Below are positions 38,676-48,931 of a stretch of 64,000 nucleotides of DNA, in pieces; within the stretch, counting starts at the first letter, position 1, and every line of letters begins with the position of its first letter. The stretch covers positions 1 to 64,000 of the IMG/VR virus record IMGVR_UViG_3300020470_005894. One strand, 5' to 3'. A model generated the notes under the pieces. It was not told the DNA's origin. It saw only the letters and a list, made by a program, of their open reading frames with translations, and searched no databases. The position numbers and the translations under genes are program-made. The DNA is from a virus.

Positions 38676-40811
38676 TTAATTGGCAAAATCTGTTTCCATA
38701 CCAATGGTTGGCCGGCCCTCTGCGCGGGCCTTCATTATTGCTTTAGTTCGGTTAACTGCGTCGACGCTAGCGCTTTCTTTAATTGACTGTATTGTTTTTC
38801 CATCTAATATAATATTAGATGTTATATCAGCTTGCAGTAATGAACCATTTTCAAGCGCTTCCGCAATACGAACTAATTGGTCCCCGGCGGGACCGCCTGT
38901 AGCGCCACGCATTCTTTCAGCTGCTAGCTCCATTAATCCGGGTGTCTCAACAGTACCGGGTGCTCCCGCTGCAGGCTTAGGTATCGCCTCTAGGCCTACT
39001 GCCTGAGCTACTGTAGGTGCTACCTGGCCTGCTAAACCAACAGCTGTCAAGCCTAAAGCTTTACCAGCTGCTTCTGAAAAGTTGCCCTCTGCGAGTGCAG
39101 CTGCAGCATCCGTTGTTCCGCCAACCAATAATTCATAAGCTGCCACGGTGCTAATTGCAGAAGCTTCAGCGTCTTGTAACATTGTGTATATTTTATTGAA
39201 AGAGTTGCTCATAATATTTGAGCCCTCTACAGCCATCTTTCTAGTTCTGTTGACCCACTCAGAAAAACCTGCTTCAAGTTGTGAAAAGCTTCTAGTAGCT
39301 TGCTCAGTGGTAGTGAATGTGCCTTGAATCTGCTTTTGCATGTCTGCTGTTGATTTTGCAGTCGTATCAATATTTGCTGCTCTTACTTCATAATCGTCAG
39401 CGGCGCCTTCTCTCAACAAACGACCTGCCTCTTCGGCGTTGGTTAAACCAAGAGTGTTCATAATAGCCATTTTTTGATGCTTATTAGCTGTCTCAAAAGT
39501 AACGCCAGATCTTTCCATTGCATCTTGGATCATCAATATTTTCTCATCAGCGTCAGCCATGGCTAAATCAGTCATTGACAACAAGTTATCACCCATAACT
39601 GCATTAAACTTAGCAGCTGCTTCTGCGGCGCCCTTGAAAGTATCGAGGCCTGAGGCAATTGTACCGAGTCGCTCGACGCTGATACCCGTCGCTATAGACT
39701 GAGCCTCTAAGTTAGAAAACACGTTGATTGCTTCATCACCATACAAGCTCATTTGTGGAAACGTTGTGGAAAAATTATCAAATGCACGATTAGTAGAAAT
39801 TTCCAAGCTGTCAGCAACTGAAACTAGCGATCTTGTTGACAAAACTGATGCTTCTGGTGTTAAGCCCAAGCCTTTATTAAACTTATCAATAATCCCGGTT
39901 GATGTATTGGCGCTGACATTAAGTTTTTCCAAACCAACGATGTTATTAGTTGTAAAAGCAGTTAAACCTTCGTTTGCGTCCATGAAAGATGGTCTAAATT
40001 CATTTACATTATTTAAAATTGCTGTTAAAACTGGACCTGTATCAGACGCGTTAGTGCCGATATCTTGCAAGCCGCCGCCTAAGTCTTGAAAAATCTTAAC
40101 TTGCTCTGGATCTGCTATTCTAGAAAAATAGACTGGATCTGCAGCTGCTGACATTGTGGTGTTCCAATCGCCAATTAAGCCAGTTTGCTTAGCAATTGCT
40201 GCGCTTTGTTGGTCCATGGCAGGCAGGCCGGCTGCCATATCTTGTTGTAAACCTCTTACAAAATCTTCTCCAAAAGTGGCTGCGAGAAAAGCCATTTCAG
40301 CGTTTAACCCAGATATACCCTCTGAGAATCCAGTTGCTATGCCTGGTGCAACTTTAGCACCTAACTCAACTAGATTGTCCGTATCTTGTTCTTGCTGCTG
40401 CATCAACCTAAGACGATCTTCATTGACTTCGTTCATGCCTTGACGTTGTCTTCTGTAAAATTCTTCTGTTTTTTCTCTAGTGCCTTGAAGAGCAGCATCA
40501 ATTTCAGCCTGATTGGCTGTATAGGCCTCTGCTTTAGCTTGGTTCTCAAGTACTTCGCGCTTGATAGACTGTATTTTTTGCTGATCTATCACGCCCTCTT
40601 GCTTCATCAGCTCTATTTTTCTCTGTTGAGAGGCTAAAAATTGTTGCTGTTGTTGGCTAGCAGCTTTAATTTGATTAAGTATAACAGCGTACTGAGCCAA
40701 TTGTCTTTGTTGCTCAGGACCAAGCTCATCACCAAGAGCCTTAAGTTTCGTCAACTCAGCAGCAATTTGCTTTGCTATTTCAGCGACTTCTTCTGGTGTT
40801 CTCTGTGACAT
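38676..40811 (-). CDS. Tape measure protein
   Basis: Long A/Q-rich helical protein after tube and chaperone genes; FDTF..AAEAAAKFNAVMG-like repeat. Confidence 0.75.
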   Translation of the reverse strand: MSQRTPEEVAEIAKQIAAELTKLKALGDELGPEQQRQLAQYAVILNQIKAASQQQQQFLASQQRKIELMKQEGVIDQQKIQSIKREVLENQAKAEAYTANQAEIDAALQGTREKTEEFYRRQRQGMNEVNEDRLRLMQQQEQDTDNLVELGAKVAPGIATGFSEGISGLNAEMAFLAATFGEDFVRGLQQDMAAGLPAMDQQSAAIAKQTGLIGDWNTTMSAAADPVYFSRIADPEQVKIFQDLGGGLQDIGTNASDTGPVLTAILNNVNEFRPSFMDANEGLTAFTTNNIVGLEKLNVSANTSTGIIDKFNKGLGLTPEASVLSTRSLVSVADSLEISTNRAFDNFSTTFPQMSLYGDEAINVFSNLEAQSIATGISVERLGTIASGLDTFKGAAEAAAKFNAVMGDNLLSMTDLAMADADEKILMIQDAMERSGVTFETANKHQKMAIMNTLGLTNAEEAGRLLREGAADDYEVRAANIDTTAKSTADMQKQIQGTFTTTEQATRSFSQLEAGFSEWVNRTRKMAVEGSNIMSNSFNKIYTMLQDAEASAISTVAAYELLVGGTTDAAAALAEGNFSEAAGKALGLTAVGLAGQVAPTVAQAVGLEAIPKPAAGAPGTVETPGLMELAAERMRGATGGPAGDQLVRIAEALENGSLLQADITSNIILDGKTIQSIKESASVDAVNRTKAIMKARAEGRPTIGMETDFAN

Positions 40812-40876
40812 ACAACAAAACCTCTCCTAGACTTAATAAATAGTCAACAAAAAGAAATTAAAAAGCACAACAAGCA

Positions 40877-41038
40877 CTATAGCTTGCTATTATTGACAGC
40901 GTCAGCCTCTAGCTCAAATTGATGTTTTAATTTACCTATATACCATCTTCGAAGTCCAATAGGTAAGTTGTAAGCCTCTAAAAAACTAAAAATACCATGA
41001 TATTGCAATATAAAAAATTCTTCATAGACAGTTTCCAT
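40877..41038 (-). CDS. Tail assembly chaperone, second part (probable frameshift extension)
   Basis: Hand translation METVYEEFFILQYHGIFSFLEAYNLPIGLRRWYI...; frame stays open back to the T7 run at the end of the upstream gene. Confidence 0.7.
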   Translation of the reverse strand: METVYEEFFILQYHGIFSFLEAYNLPIGLRRWYIGKLKHQFELEADAVNNSKL

Positions 41039-41045
41039 GTACTGC

Positions 41046-41888
41046 TCATCTAGGCCAAAAAAATTCCGCAGAAAGCGGCACCTCCATTTCCTTTTGGTGA
41101 AAGCATCTTTTGCAGGTAAAATCCTCTTTAAGCTCCACCGATGGCACTAGTTTTGCATAAATATTACGCAAATATCTTGAATCTTTTGCTGGCATGTTGT
41201 CAATAAATTGTTCTACTTCTTTTCGGTCATAAGAGCCGTCGACAGACTCAATAAATGCAGAAAGAGCAGTAGTTATTCTTCTTTCATCGTTCTCAGAAGA
41301 TAGTTTAGAAAATTCTCTTTCTGCGTGGCTATCTAATAATCTAAGACCAATCTTTAAATTTGTAACTGGAGGCCTAACTACTAGCAAGTTTGTAGAATAA
41401 TCAATATTGACAGAATTTTCTTCCATAAAAGTTTCGTCAAAACAGTTTTGGTTTATAGTCGCCTTTTCTAGATCAAATAAAAGATCGTTTTTGGTGCCAC
41501 AATTTGGACATGTAATTTTAGTTTCGTATATATTACCGTATCCTGAAATTCTAGCAGCCAACATGATAGCTGACCGGTCGCCAATAAATAAAGTAGAAGG
41601 ATCTACCTCTGTAACCAGCAAACTTTCAAACAACCTGTCCAAAACTAATTTATTTTTAATTAAGGCCGTCGAAGCTAAAATATCTTCTTCTTTAGCCGTC
41701 ATGTATCTTATTTCAACTGATGACTGACCATGTAAAGGGTGCCCCTCAGGGTAGAAGGCGCCTCTAGAAGGTAAATCAACAAATTCAGTTGGTACTTGAT
41801 ACGATAAGCTGGCACTACTTACGGGAGCTTTTGGAGTAGGAGTGGCATTTTGCCCGGGCCCGCTCAGGCGCCTTTGATTATTTCTCAT
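41046..41888 (-). CDS. Tail/baseplate assembly chaperone (T4 gp26-like)
   Basis: LPSRG.FYP, MTAKEEDIL, GDR, two CxxC pairs, ends FFWPR; between tube and tape measure genes. Confidence 0.75.
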   Translation of the reverse strand: MRNNQRRLSGPGQNATPTPKAPVSSASLSYQVPTEFVDLPSRGAFYPEGHPLHGQSSVEIRYMTAKEEDILASTALIKNKLVLDRLFESLLVTEVDPSTLFIGDRSAIMLAARISGYGNIYETKITCPNCGTKNDLLFDLEKATINQNCFDETFMEENSVNIDYSTNLLVVRPPVTNLKIGLRLLDSHAEREFSKLSSENDERRITTALSAFIESVDGSYDRKEVEQFIDNMPAKDSRYLRNIYAKLVPSVELKEDFTCKRCFHQKEMEVPLSAEFFWPR

Positions 41889-41902
41889 TTAAGCCTCTTT
41901 TT

Positions 41903-42499
41903 TTAACCGTTGTAAACCAAACCGCCAGCAACAGACTGATAAGTAGCATAATCGTAGATGATTGTAGTGGAGATACTAACCAAATCTTCTGAGGCATACG
42001 TTAGTTTACCAAACATAACATTAGAAAGCCAAGCATTTTTTAAAGTCCACTCTTCAACAATTCTAGTATCGTCGACGGCGCCTTCCATGTCACCAGGATC
42101 AACGCCAACGGGCAATATAATCCCACCGCCGTCTAGTTGTTTAATTCTTACCTCGCCAAGCGCAGAGGTTGATTGAACTTTGGTAATACCGGTTAAAAGA
42201 CTAAGATTAGACTCTGGGTTGACATATCCAGCGTTTAACAGCGCGTTGTAAAACTTTGAACCAACATTTGGATCGATAGCATCCACAAATTCCATTTTAG
42301 TTGGCTGCCACTTTACCTTGCCTGGAAATTTAAAATCATGATTTAAAACACTGTGAGTGGATTCTTTAATTTGATAGCTCGGCTTGTCGCATGTCTTAAC
42401 CATAAAAGATAGATTAGACAGCTCTGTAAAAGTAACTATAAACCTAAATTGTCTCTTAGGTTGAAAACCTCCAGGTCCTGAATTTCCAAAAAATGCCAT
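41903..42499 (-). CDS. Tail tube protein (gp19-like)
   Basis: PKRQFRF, PGKVKW, EEWTLKNAW...FGKL.Y...YDYA; follows the sheath gene. Confidence 0.85.
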   Translation of the reverse strand: MAFFGNSGPGGFQPKRQFRFIVTFTELSNLSFMVKTCDKPSYQIKESTHSVLNHDFKFPGKVKWQPTKMEFVDAIDPNVGSKFYNALLNAGYVNPESNLSLLTGITKVQSTSALGEVRIKQLDGGGIILPVGVDPGDMEGAVDDTRIVEEWTLKNAWLSNVMFGKLTYASEDLVSISTTIIYDYATYQSVAGGLVYNG

Positions 42500-42542
42500 T
42501 TATTTAGTCTCCTAATTCTCTTATAAATAGTTCGTCTTAAAA

Positions 42543-45500
42543 TTAATCGTCAAAAGAAGCCCCGCTTCTCGTGATAATAAAGTCAAGTGCAATAAACTCA
42601 ATTGCTCTTGCAGGCTTGAGGAAGATCTTCGCATACATAATATTTCTATCCACCAAATCAGGGGTGGTTGTATCTTCATCTAGCACAACCTTAAAGTCTG
42701 TCAAACCTAAGCCAGCTTGCACGCCTTCCAGGAAAGGCACAACTTGTCCAGTAAATCTATCCCAAGTTTGCTGTACATTTTGATCAAAAAGAACTCTAGA
42801 AGCGATTCTTGAGATTTCTTTCTTTAAGAAGATTAGCAATCTTCGTACGTTAATTCGATCAAGCGCTGACTGAGTAACTTGTAGCGTCTTCTGGCCAAAA
42901 ATAACGATTCCTTCAGCGGGGAAAGAGGCAATTGGGTTGATGTTAGCATCGTAGAGTGTATCTCTATCAGCTGAAGTTATCCTCTCTCTAACACCGATCA
43001 CTGGAAGACCAGCTGAGCCCTCGCTAAGTCCGCCGCGTGTAAAGCCAGCTGGTGCAAACCAGACAGCCGATTTACGCTGTGAGCTTGAGAAAGTGCCTAG
43101 TGCAACAACAGAAGGCGGTACGTAAAGTACAGAATCATTAATGGTGTCTCTAATTCTAACAAACGGGTAGAAAGTACAGCCGTAGCTTGAATTAATATTT
43201 AAACCTTGTAGGTTTGTAACCACACTTGAAACTGAGCCAGCTTTTGCAGCATCAGTCGGTAGTAAAGCATGCTCATGAGGCGGCTCATAGTTGCCCTCTA
43301 GGTCAATAACTGCCATGGCATCGCCTCGTTCTTCACAATTCTCAACCATTGCAACGTTGAGTGTCGAGTTGGTAACACCAGGTATGGCTGAAACATCATA
43401 TTCGATAAATTCCTTATCAGAAGCTATGTCTAAGGCCTTTTTAATACTGTAGAAAGCATAATTTGATTTTTCTGATCCACCACTCAAAACTCTGTTTGCT
43501 AGCGGATCTTGCTCAGTAATATCAAATCCATCGAATCCACCAAACATTGGAGATGTAAATTTGTTAAATCCTTTGTCTAAAATTCCGCTCACCGAACCAG
43601 ACTTGGAAGTCCAAGACTGCTGATTAGCTCTAGAACCGGATATCCAAAGTGAGTGATCAGCATCAGATAAAGATTCAGAGACATCGTCTAAAGTAAATAC
43701 CCAAGACCATTGGCTCTCCGCGGAAACAATTGCATGTGGATCATGGCCTGCAGGTGAAGACCTCAAAAGATCTAAATTCGTCTCATCAAAGCGCTTGGTA
43801 TCTTTGATACTGGGCTGATAGCCAAAGTATGCTTTTGTTGGTAATACCAATGAACCCTCGGAAGAAGAAACTCGCAACCTAGCAGTTGGAAATTCAAAGC
43901 TAGCTGTGATATGGTCCTGTGTGTATACCATGGTGCCGGCTACCCAATCCTGTAAGCTTTGGCCACTTCCAGTCAGAAGCGCAGTTGGCAATGATCCGCT
44001 GCCTAATGCATAAGGTGAGTCAGTTTGAGACCCACTGGCTAGGCTCCATGTTTTTGGTACGGACGGGCCGTATACACCAAATGGATGAAGGCCTCTTGCT
44101 TCGCCTGAGTCAACAACAGGCGAAGTTTCAACTCTTATGTATTTTGATCTATTCTCATACTCGCCTAAATCAGTTATAGTTTTGTTCGTAGTGTTGTAGC
44201 CGTAATTTCGATCACCAATTAATCGTTTAATAAAGTTAGCAGATTTTGGATTTAAGTTAACATTTGAAAAACGCTCCAAAATCTCTGGACGGTTATCATT
44301 GTCAGAAGCCTTACGAACAACAATGCTAAAGTTACCATAATCATTAAAGTTATCAGTTGGTGCTTTAATAGCCTCAATGGAGACTTTCACGTCTCTGTTC
44401 GAAGATGCGCCGCAGCCAGGATCTTGAGTTGCCCCAGCCCCGCCCAAAGCATGAAGCTTGAACAATCTCTCAGTGTGCTGTGTTGGGTCGAAACCTGCGT
44501 AAGTGTCGCCTCGTGTGTCCTGTGATATAAACCAGCCAGTTGCCGCAGCCCGGGCATTCTGGCGCCGATCGTGCCAATTTAAATTAGAATCACTGTAGGT
44601 TCCAGCAGAAGGTGAATTTAACTGCAATATTACACCCAGCATATTTGTTTTTTGTGGTGACGATCCAGTAACTTTTAATTTGGGATTTTCTGAATCGAAA
44701 AGAGCAGATTCGTAGGTCTCGCCTAGCCAATATTTTTCTACAGTCGTCCCACCGCCAGTGTATACAACCTCACTATTAGTCTTTGTTGGATCAGTGTTAA
44801 AGACGCGTCTTGCAAAAAGCTTAGAGTCTCTGTTAAAATTAAAAGTAGTCGTTTTGAGTTCATTCTCGGTAGCACCTATAACTTTTGCCGTAAACTGCGG
44901 CCCAGACGTTGCTGTGCCAGAGCTTTTAATCAAAACACCTGCACCCTGTCGAGCAGCTCCGTCCCTAGCTGTACCGGTAAGCACTACGCCGCCATTTTGC
45001 ACATACCAAACAGCAGCCAATGTACCTGTTACAGGATAATGTGCTCCGCCGTAAAGAACATTGCTAGCACCAGGAGCACCGGTGCCCATTGTAACTTGAA
45101 TGTCATTTCCGACCGGGCCCGTAGTTGTTGCAGTTAGCTTAACTTGAGTGCTGCTAAGAAGTGATGCGGTGACACCGGCGATACCTGTATTGACTCCAGA
45201 GTTTGCTGCAGCAAAGTTGTGCTTGTATTGCCCGTTGCCCGTTCCAAAGTTACCGTTGATAGCGTCGACAACCGTTTCTGCAACGGTGCCAGCAGAGGGA
45301 GTAGAGCTTACTCCAACAGCTATAACTGTAGAAGTCGTCGATGAAGCGCCTGTCGCGTCCGCACCAGTTAACCTAACTGTCATTGCAGTTCCAGAGCCTC
45401 CAGCATTGCTAGGCACCAGCACCGTAAAATCGTCACTAGCGCCGTAGCCGGAAAATTGAATTGTGCCGGCTAATGTAGAGGCAGCGGTACTACCATAAGC

Positions 45501-45938
45501 GTCTGGATCAGGCATGACAAATAAGCCATATGCTCCGCCGGCTGACTTGAGCGCGGTATTTGGGGTGTTGTCTGTTATCCATCCAGCTAAACCAGGAGCA
45601 GTTGAGCTAGCATCAGAGGGATTTTGGCCCAATACGCGGTATACTGTACAAGGGGAGTTATTTCTCAACCAAGCTTGCACCGCATATGCTGCGTATGTAG
45701 GCGCTGTTAGAGCACCATGCCTCCATACTTCAGTCGCTGGGCTACCGTCTGATGGGTTTCCAAAGATTGAGACAAATTCACGAAAAGAATTGACCCGTAC
45801 AGGCCTGTGGGCTGGTCCTTTTTCAAAGCGCCCAATCACTAAAGGCCCCATACGCTCTGGAAGTGCTGGAATGCCTGATTCATCTATCTCATCAATAAAA
45901 ATACCGGGCGATACAAACTTAAATTTATCTACTGACAT
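42543..45938 (-). CDS. Contractile tail sheath protein (gp18-like) with large insertions
   Basis: FVSPGIFIDEID, WFAPAGFTRG, INPIASFP, GQKTLQ, LDRINVRRL, KPARAIEFI. Confidence 0.95.
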   Translation of the reverse strand: MSVDKFKFVSPGIFIDEIDESGIPALPERMGPLVIGRFEKGPAHRPVRVNSFREFVSIFGNPSDGSPATEVWRHGALTAPTYAAYAVQAWLRNNSPCTVYRVLGQNPSDASSTAPGLAGWITDNTPNTALKSAGGAYGLFVMPDPDAYGSTAASTLAGTIQFSGYGASDDFTVLVPSNAGGSGTAMTVRLTGADATGASSTTSTVIAVGVSSTPSAGTVAETVVDAINGNFGTGNGQYKHNFAAANSGVNTGIAGVTASLLSSTQVKLTATTTGPVGNDIQVTMGTGAPGASNVLYGGAHYPVTGTLAAVWYVQNGGVVLTGTARDGAARQGAGVLIKSSGTATSGPQFTAKVIGATENELKTTTFNFNRDSKLFARRVFNTDPTKTNSEVVYTGGGTTVEKYWLGETYESALFDSENPKLKVTGSSPQKTNMLGVILQLNSPSAGTYSDSNLNWHDRRQNARAAATGWFISQDTRGDTYAGFDPTQHTERLFKLHALGGAGATQDPGCGASSNRDVKVSIEAIKAPTDNFNDYGNFSIVVRKASDNDNRPEILERFSNVNLNPKSANFIKRLIGDRNYGYNTTNKTITDLGEYENRSKYIRVETSPVVDSGEARGLHPFGVYGPSVPKTWSLASGSQTDSPYALGSGSLPTALLTGSGQSLQDWVAGTMVYTQDHITASFEFPTARLRVSSSEGSLVLPTKAYFGYQPSIKDTKRFDETNLDLLRSSPAGHDPHAIVSAESQWSWVFTLDDVSESLSDADHSLWISGSRANQQSWTSKSGSVSGILDKGFNKFTSPMFGGFDGFDITEQDPLANRVLSGGSEKSNYAFYSIKKALDIASDKEFIEYDVSAIPGVTNSTLNVAMVENCEERGDAMAVIDLEGNYEPPHEHALLPTDAAKAGSVSSVVTNLQGLNINSSYGCTFYPFVRIRDTINDSVLYVPPSVVALGTFSSSQRKSAVWFAPAGFTRGGLSEGSAGLPVIGVRERITSADRDTLYDANINPIASFPAEGIVIFGQKTLQVTQSALDRINVRRLLIFLKKEISRIASRVLFDQNVQQTWDRFTGQVVPFLEGVQAGLGLTDFKVVLDEDTTTPDLVDRNIMYAKIFLKPARAIEFIALDFIITRSGASFDD

Positions 45939-45990
45939 GTCATTGCTCCTCAATTAGACAGTTCTTAAAAATATACGAACTTTTTCTTTA

Positions 45991-45998
45991 ATAAATAG
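45991..45998 (-). promoter_or_regulatory. Late-promoter-like motif CTATTTAT (example upstream of sheath; see findings for other copies)
   Basis: Same motif lies upstream of the tape measure, tube, neck and scaffold genes, among others. Confidence 0.7.
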
Positions 45999-46020
45999 TC
46001 ACACCTAGCTACAAAACCCT

Positions 46021-46872
46021 TTAAAATCTAAATTCACCGTCCTCTCCGTCAACCAAAACTCTCTCGCGAGCAAATCTGATCTGCACAGGATTCTCTCGAC
46101 GAACAACTCTGGGCTGTTTTTGGTTCTTGCCATCTCCAATTAAATAGCCGAAAACATTAATGGTAATCGCTGTTTCATACTTTCTTTCATTAACCTGATA
46201 GTTTGAAATATTATTAGAAGCCGCGTAATTTTCCTGTATAAACGCTTCGTATCTATTTAAATTGTGCTGTATCATAACTCTTTTGTGTCCATTAGAGACT
46301 CTTATGAAAGGTGTCATCAAATCATTCATCTGTTCTTGGTACTCTGTTCTAAGCGTTAATCCGTACTCAACATCAACATAAATTGGTATTGGAATCGTTA
46401 TGGTCTCATAGACAATTTTTTCATTCTTCTTAAAACGATGTAAAGGAAAATTTAGCTGTTTTTTTCTACGTAAAGCGTCTGCATTAGCAAAGTTACTTGT
46501 TTTTTCTTGCTGTATTACTTTATTTATGGTTAAATAGCCGCCCTTGAGATCGCCAATTGGGTCAACAGTTGCGTATGGAATAGATCTGGACTTTTCACTT
46601 TTTTTAACTGCTTTTCGCTCGACAGATATTACAGGCAAAACAACCTGGCCCGTAGCGTCACGCTCGACGTTACTAGTTTTTATATTTTGTGAGCGCTCAG
46701 AGCCTGACCATATAACAGGAACTTTTCGAAAACCTTTGTTAGTTCGTGTTTGTATTGCCAAAGTATCATTTAAAAAATTATACAATGCAAAATCTATATC
46801 TTCTAATTCAGACTTATAAAACAATACATCGCGTGAAGTTTTCTCTTCATTTCTTGTTTTTTTAGGTGCCAT
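46021..46872 (-). CDS. Tail terminator / sheath stabiliser (gp15-like)
   Basis: VPVIW...ER, LPVISVER, PIYVDVEY; position between neck and sheath genes. Confidence 0.65.
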   Translation of the reverse strand: MAPKKTRNEEKTSRDVLFYKSELEDIDFALYNFLNDTLAIQTRTNKGFRKVPVIWSGSERSQNIKTSNVERDATGQVVLPVISVERKAVKKSEKSRSIPYATVDPIGDLKGGYLTINKVIQQEKTSNFANADALRRKKQLNFPLHRFKKNEKIVYETITIPIPIYVDVEYGLTLRTEYQEQMNDLMTPFIRVSNGHKRVMIQHNLNRYEAFIQENYAASNNISNYQVNERKYETAITINVFGYLIGDGKNQKQPRVVRRENPVQIRFARERVLVDGEDGEFRF

Positions 46873-47356
46873 CGAAATATCCCTCTCTTGTCTTAATACA
46901 CTGTGCTGCAACTTCTATACGACGATCCGCTTGGCCAAATATTTCTTTGGGCTCTTTTAAGCTTACAATTTCATAAAAGTTTTTTCCATAAGCGACAAAA
47001 TCGCCCTCACGCACAAACAAGTTTTGATCTTCTGTTAATCTTCTCTTGTGAAAATGCACCGTTAGCTTTATTGCTTTATCAACTCCAAATTTATCCGTTG
47101 CTGTCTCCTCACCATTAAATTCAACTAAAGCATGTACTCTCACAGGTGGAAGAAAGGTTTTTACAACTGCTTCATTATATAAATTATGATAATCTGTATG
47201 ATCTAAGTCTATAGCATAATAAACAATTGTCTGGCCTACAACACGCTCTATTAATTCATCATTAACTTGTTTTACAAGATCTCGCTCTTTTTTACCAACA
47301 AAAAGAGGAGGTGGAGGCGATGAAGGTTGTGACCATTTGTTTTTTTCTTGTGCCAT
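46862..47356 (-). CDS. Neck / head-closure protein (gp14-like)
   Basis: ELIE..GQ..YY, LYNE, FG.D, REGDFV, YEI pattern. Confidence 0.7.
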   Translation of the reverse strand: MAQEKNKWSQPSSPPPPLFVGKKERDLVKQVNDELIERVVGQTIVYYAIDLDHTDYHNLYNEAVVKTFLPPVRVHALVEFNGEETATDKFGVDKAIKLTVHFHKRRLTEDQNLFVREGDFVAYGKNFYEIVSLKEPKEIFGQADRRIEVAAQCIKTREGYFDGT

Positions 47357-47361
47357 TTAAT

Positions 47362-48654
47362 TTACCCTACATAAATGTACATGGGAATAGTTTTTCCCGT
47401 GTTCAGAGTGTTTTCTGTTATAGTTTTTTGTATCTCTGTCATTTTCTGATAAGTCAATTCGTCAAGCACTTTCTGCAGATCCTCTCTAAGCGCTTTTTGC
47501 TCATTTTGACCCTCGGTGACCAGCTCCTTACCGTTTAAATTAACATTATTACCTGGTATTGGAATTGTCCCAAACTTAGAGCGAATATGGCCAAGTGTCT
47601 CTTTAGACAAAGCCAGCGCAAACCTGCGGATCCACTGTTTGCCAATTGAGTTTATATTCTTATAAGGTATATTTGCTAATGGCAAAGTATTCATATTGTT
47701 AACGCCCCCCACACGATCTGATCTGTCCTCTTGATCATCCCAGGGCTCTGGATCAATTGAGAACTCAAACCATATTTTTGTAGGCCCAACTGAAGTTGGC
47801 AAGGGGTTAATTCTTAATTTATTATTTTTAATTTGATAGGAATAATGTGAATTTCTCGTATAGATAGCGTCCTCATATGCCATGGCTTGGGCTTTGTTTT
47901 GCCATGGAGGAATTATCTCAAATGATGAATCATCTGCGTACATTCCGTAGGTTGATAAGTTACCTACGGTGTTTAAACCACCATAATACCCATAAAATCT
48001 CCACATCGCATGAGGAGTCTTATAATAGACTCTTCTAATTATAATTCTTTTGTCGCCAACCTTATTGTAGTAAGGCATACTGCTATCACTAGTGGCAGAG
48101 CTAGAAATAATACTCTGCAAATCATAATCTTGTGTTTGTGTAACAGTGTCGACAGAACCAGAATATATTGGTACCGTGCCACCTAGACCCGTCTCACCAA
48201 TACTTGAGTCCATTACTTTTTTAGCATAACCTAAAATATATTTTGGGTATTTCAGTTCTACGTTAGAATTACTCAAAGAATCAGTTCTCTGACCATCAGA
48301 ATCAAAAGTTCCAGTAACAGCACCTAGAGAACTATGGAGTATATTTTTTGACTGATGTACATTAACAATGAAAGAATATTCTAAAGTTGCCTCTTCATAA
48401 GCAGCGTAGATGTTGCCAACTGTTAACTCAATGTCTAATACATCGCCGCCTAATTTTTTGTAAGTATATGCTACCTGATCAGCAGCGCCTGTCATAAAAT
48501 TAGCGTCGGCTAAGTCACCGCCAGAAGCTACGTATATACCAAAAGGATAATGACTGGTGTTTTCAGATCCATCGGCTCCCGTGCCTAGCGTGCCTGTAAC
48601 TGGCAATACAACAGCTGAAGTTTGTGCTCTGGGCGTTAAAGTGGGTGTTGCCAT
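47362..48654 (-). CDS. Neck protein (gp13-like adaptor)
   Basis: KLGG.VLDIEL, WIRRFALALSKETLGHIRSKF..IP, LNG, P.YIYVG. Confidence 0.8.
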   Translation of the reverse strand: MATPTLTPRAQTSAVVLPVTGTLGTGADGSENTSHYPFGIYVASGGDLADANFMTGAADQVAYTYKKLGGDVLDIELTVGNIYAAYEEATLEYSFIVNVHQSKNILHSSLGAVTGTFDSDGQRTDSLSNSNVELKYPKYILGYAKKVMDSSIGETGLGGTVPIYSGSVDTVTQTQDYDLQSIISSSATSDSSMPYYNKVGDKRIIIRRVYYKTPHAMWRFYGYYGGLNTVGNLSTYGMYADDSSFEIIPPWQNKAQAMAYEDAIYTRNSHYSYQIKNNKLRINPLPTSVGPTKIWFEFSIDPEPWDDQEDRSDRVGGVNNMNTLPLANIPYKNINSIGKQWIRRFALALSKETLGHIRSKFGTIPIPGNNVNLNGKELVTEGQNEQKALREDLQKVLDELTYQKMTEIQKTITENTLNTGKTIPMYIYVG

Positions 48655-48726
48655 TCATCTGGTCTCCTATCAGTATAATTAGTTAGAAGAGAACGTTTTG
48701 TCCTGAAGACATTGGGGTATATAAAA

Positions 48727-48762
48727 CAAAACCCCGCCATGATAACTCAGGACGGGGTTTTT
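48727..48762. terminator. Intrinsic terminator, possibly bidirectional
   Basis: AAAACCCCG...CGGGGTTTTT inverted repeat flanked by A/T runs. Confidence 0.7.
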
Positions 48763-48781
48763 TCTCACCAATTTTATTATT

Positions 48782-48922
48782 TTACTCTTCTTTCTTCTTT
48801 TTTGCAGGAGCTTTTTTAGGAGCAGCTTTTGCTTTTTTAGGAGCAGCCTTGGCAGCTACTGCTTTTTTTTCACGCTCAGCTTTTCTCTCCTCTATCTTTC
48901 TGATATCATTTATAATTCCCAT
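48782..48922 (-). CDS. Small histone-H1-like Lys/Ala/Pro peptide (46 aa)
   Basis: Hand translation MGIINDIRKIEERKAEREKKAVAAKAAPKKAKAAPKKAPAKKKKEE; AGGAG SD. Confidence 0.65.
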   Translation of the reverse strand: MGIINDIRKIEERKAEREKKAVAAKAAPKKAKAAPKKAPAKKKKEE

Positions 48923-48931
48923 GATAATCTC

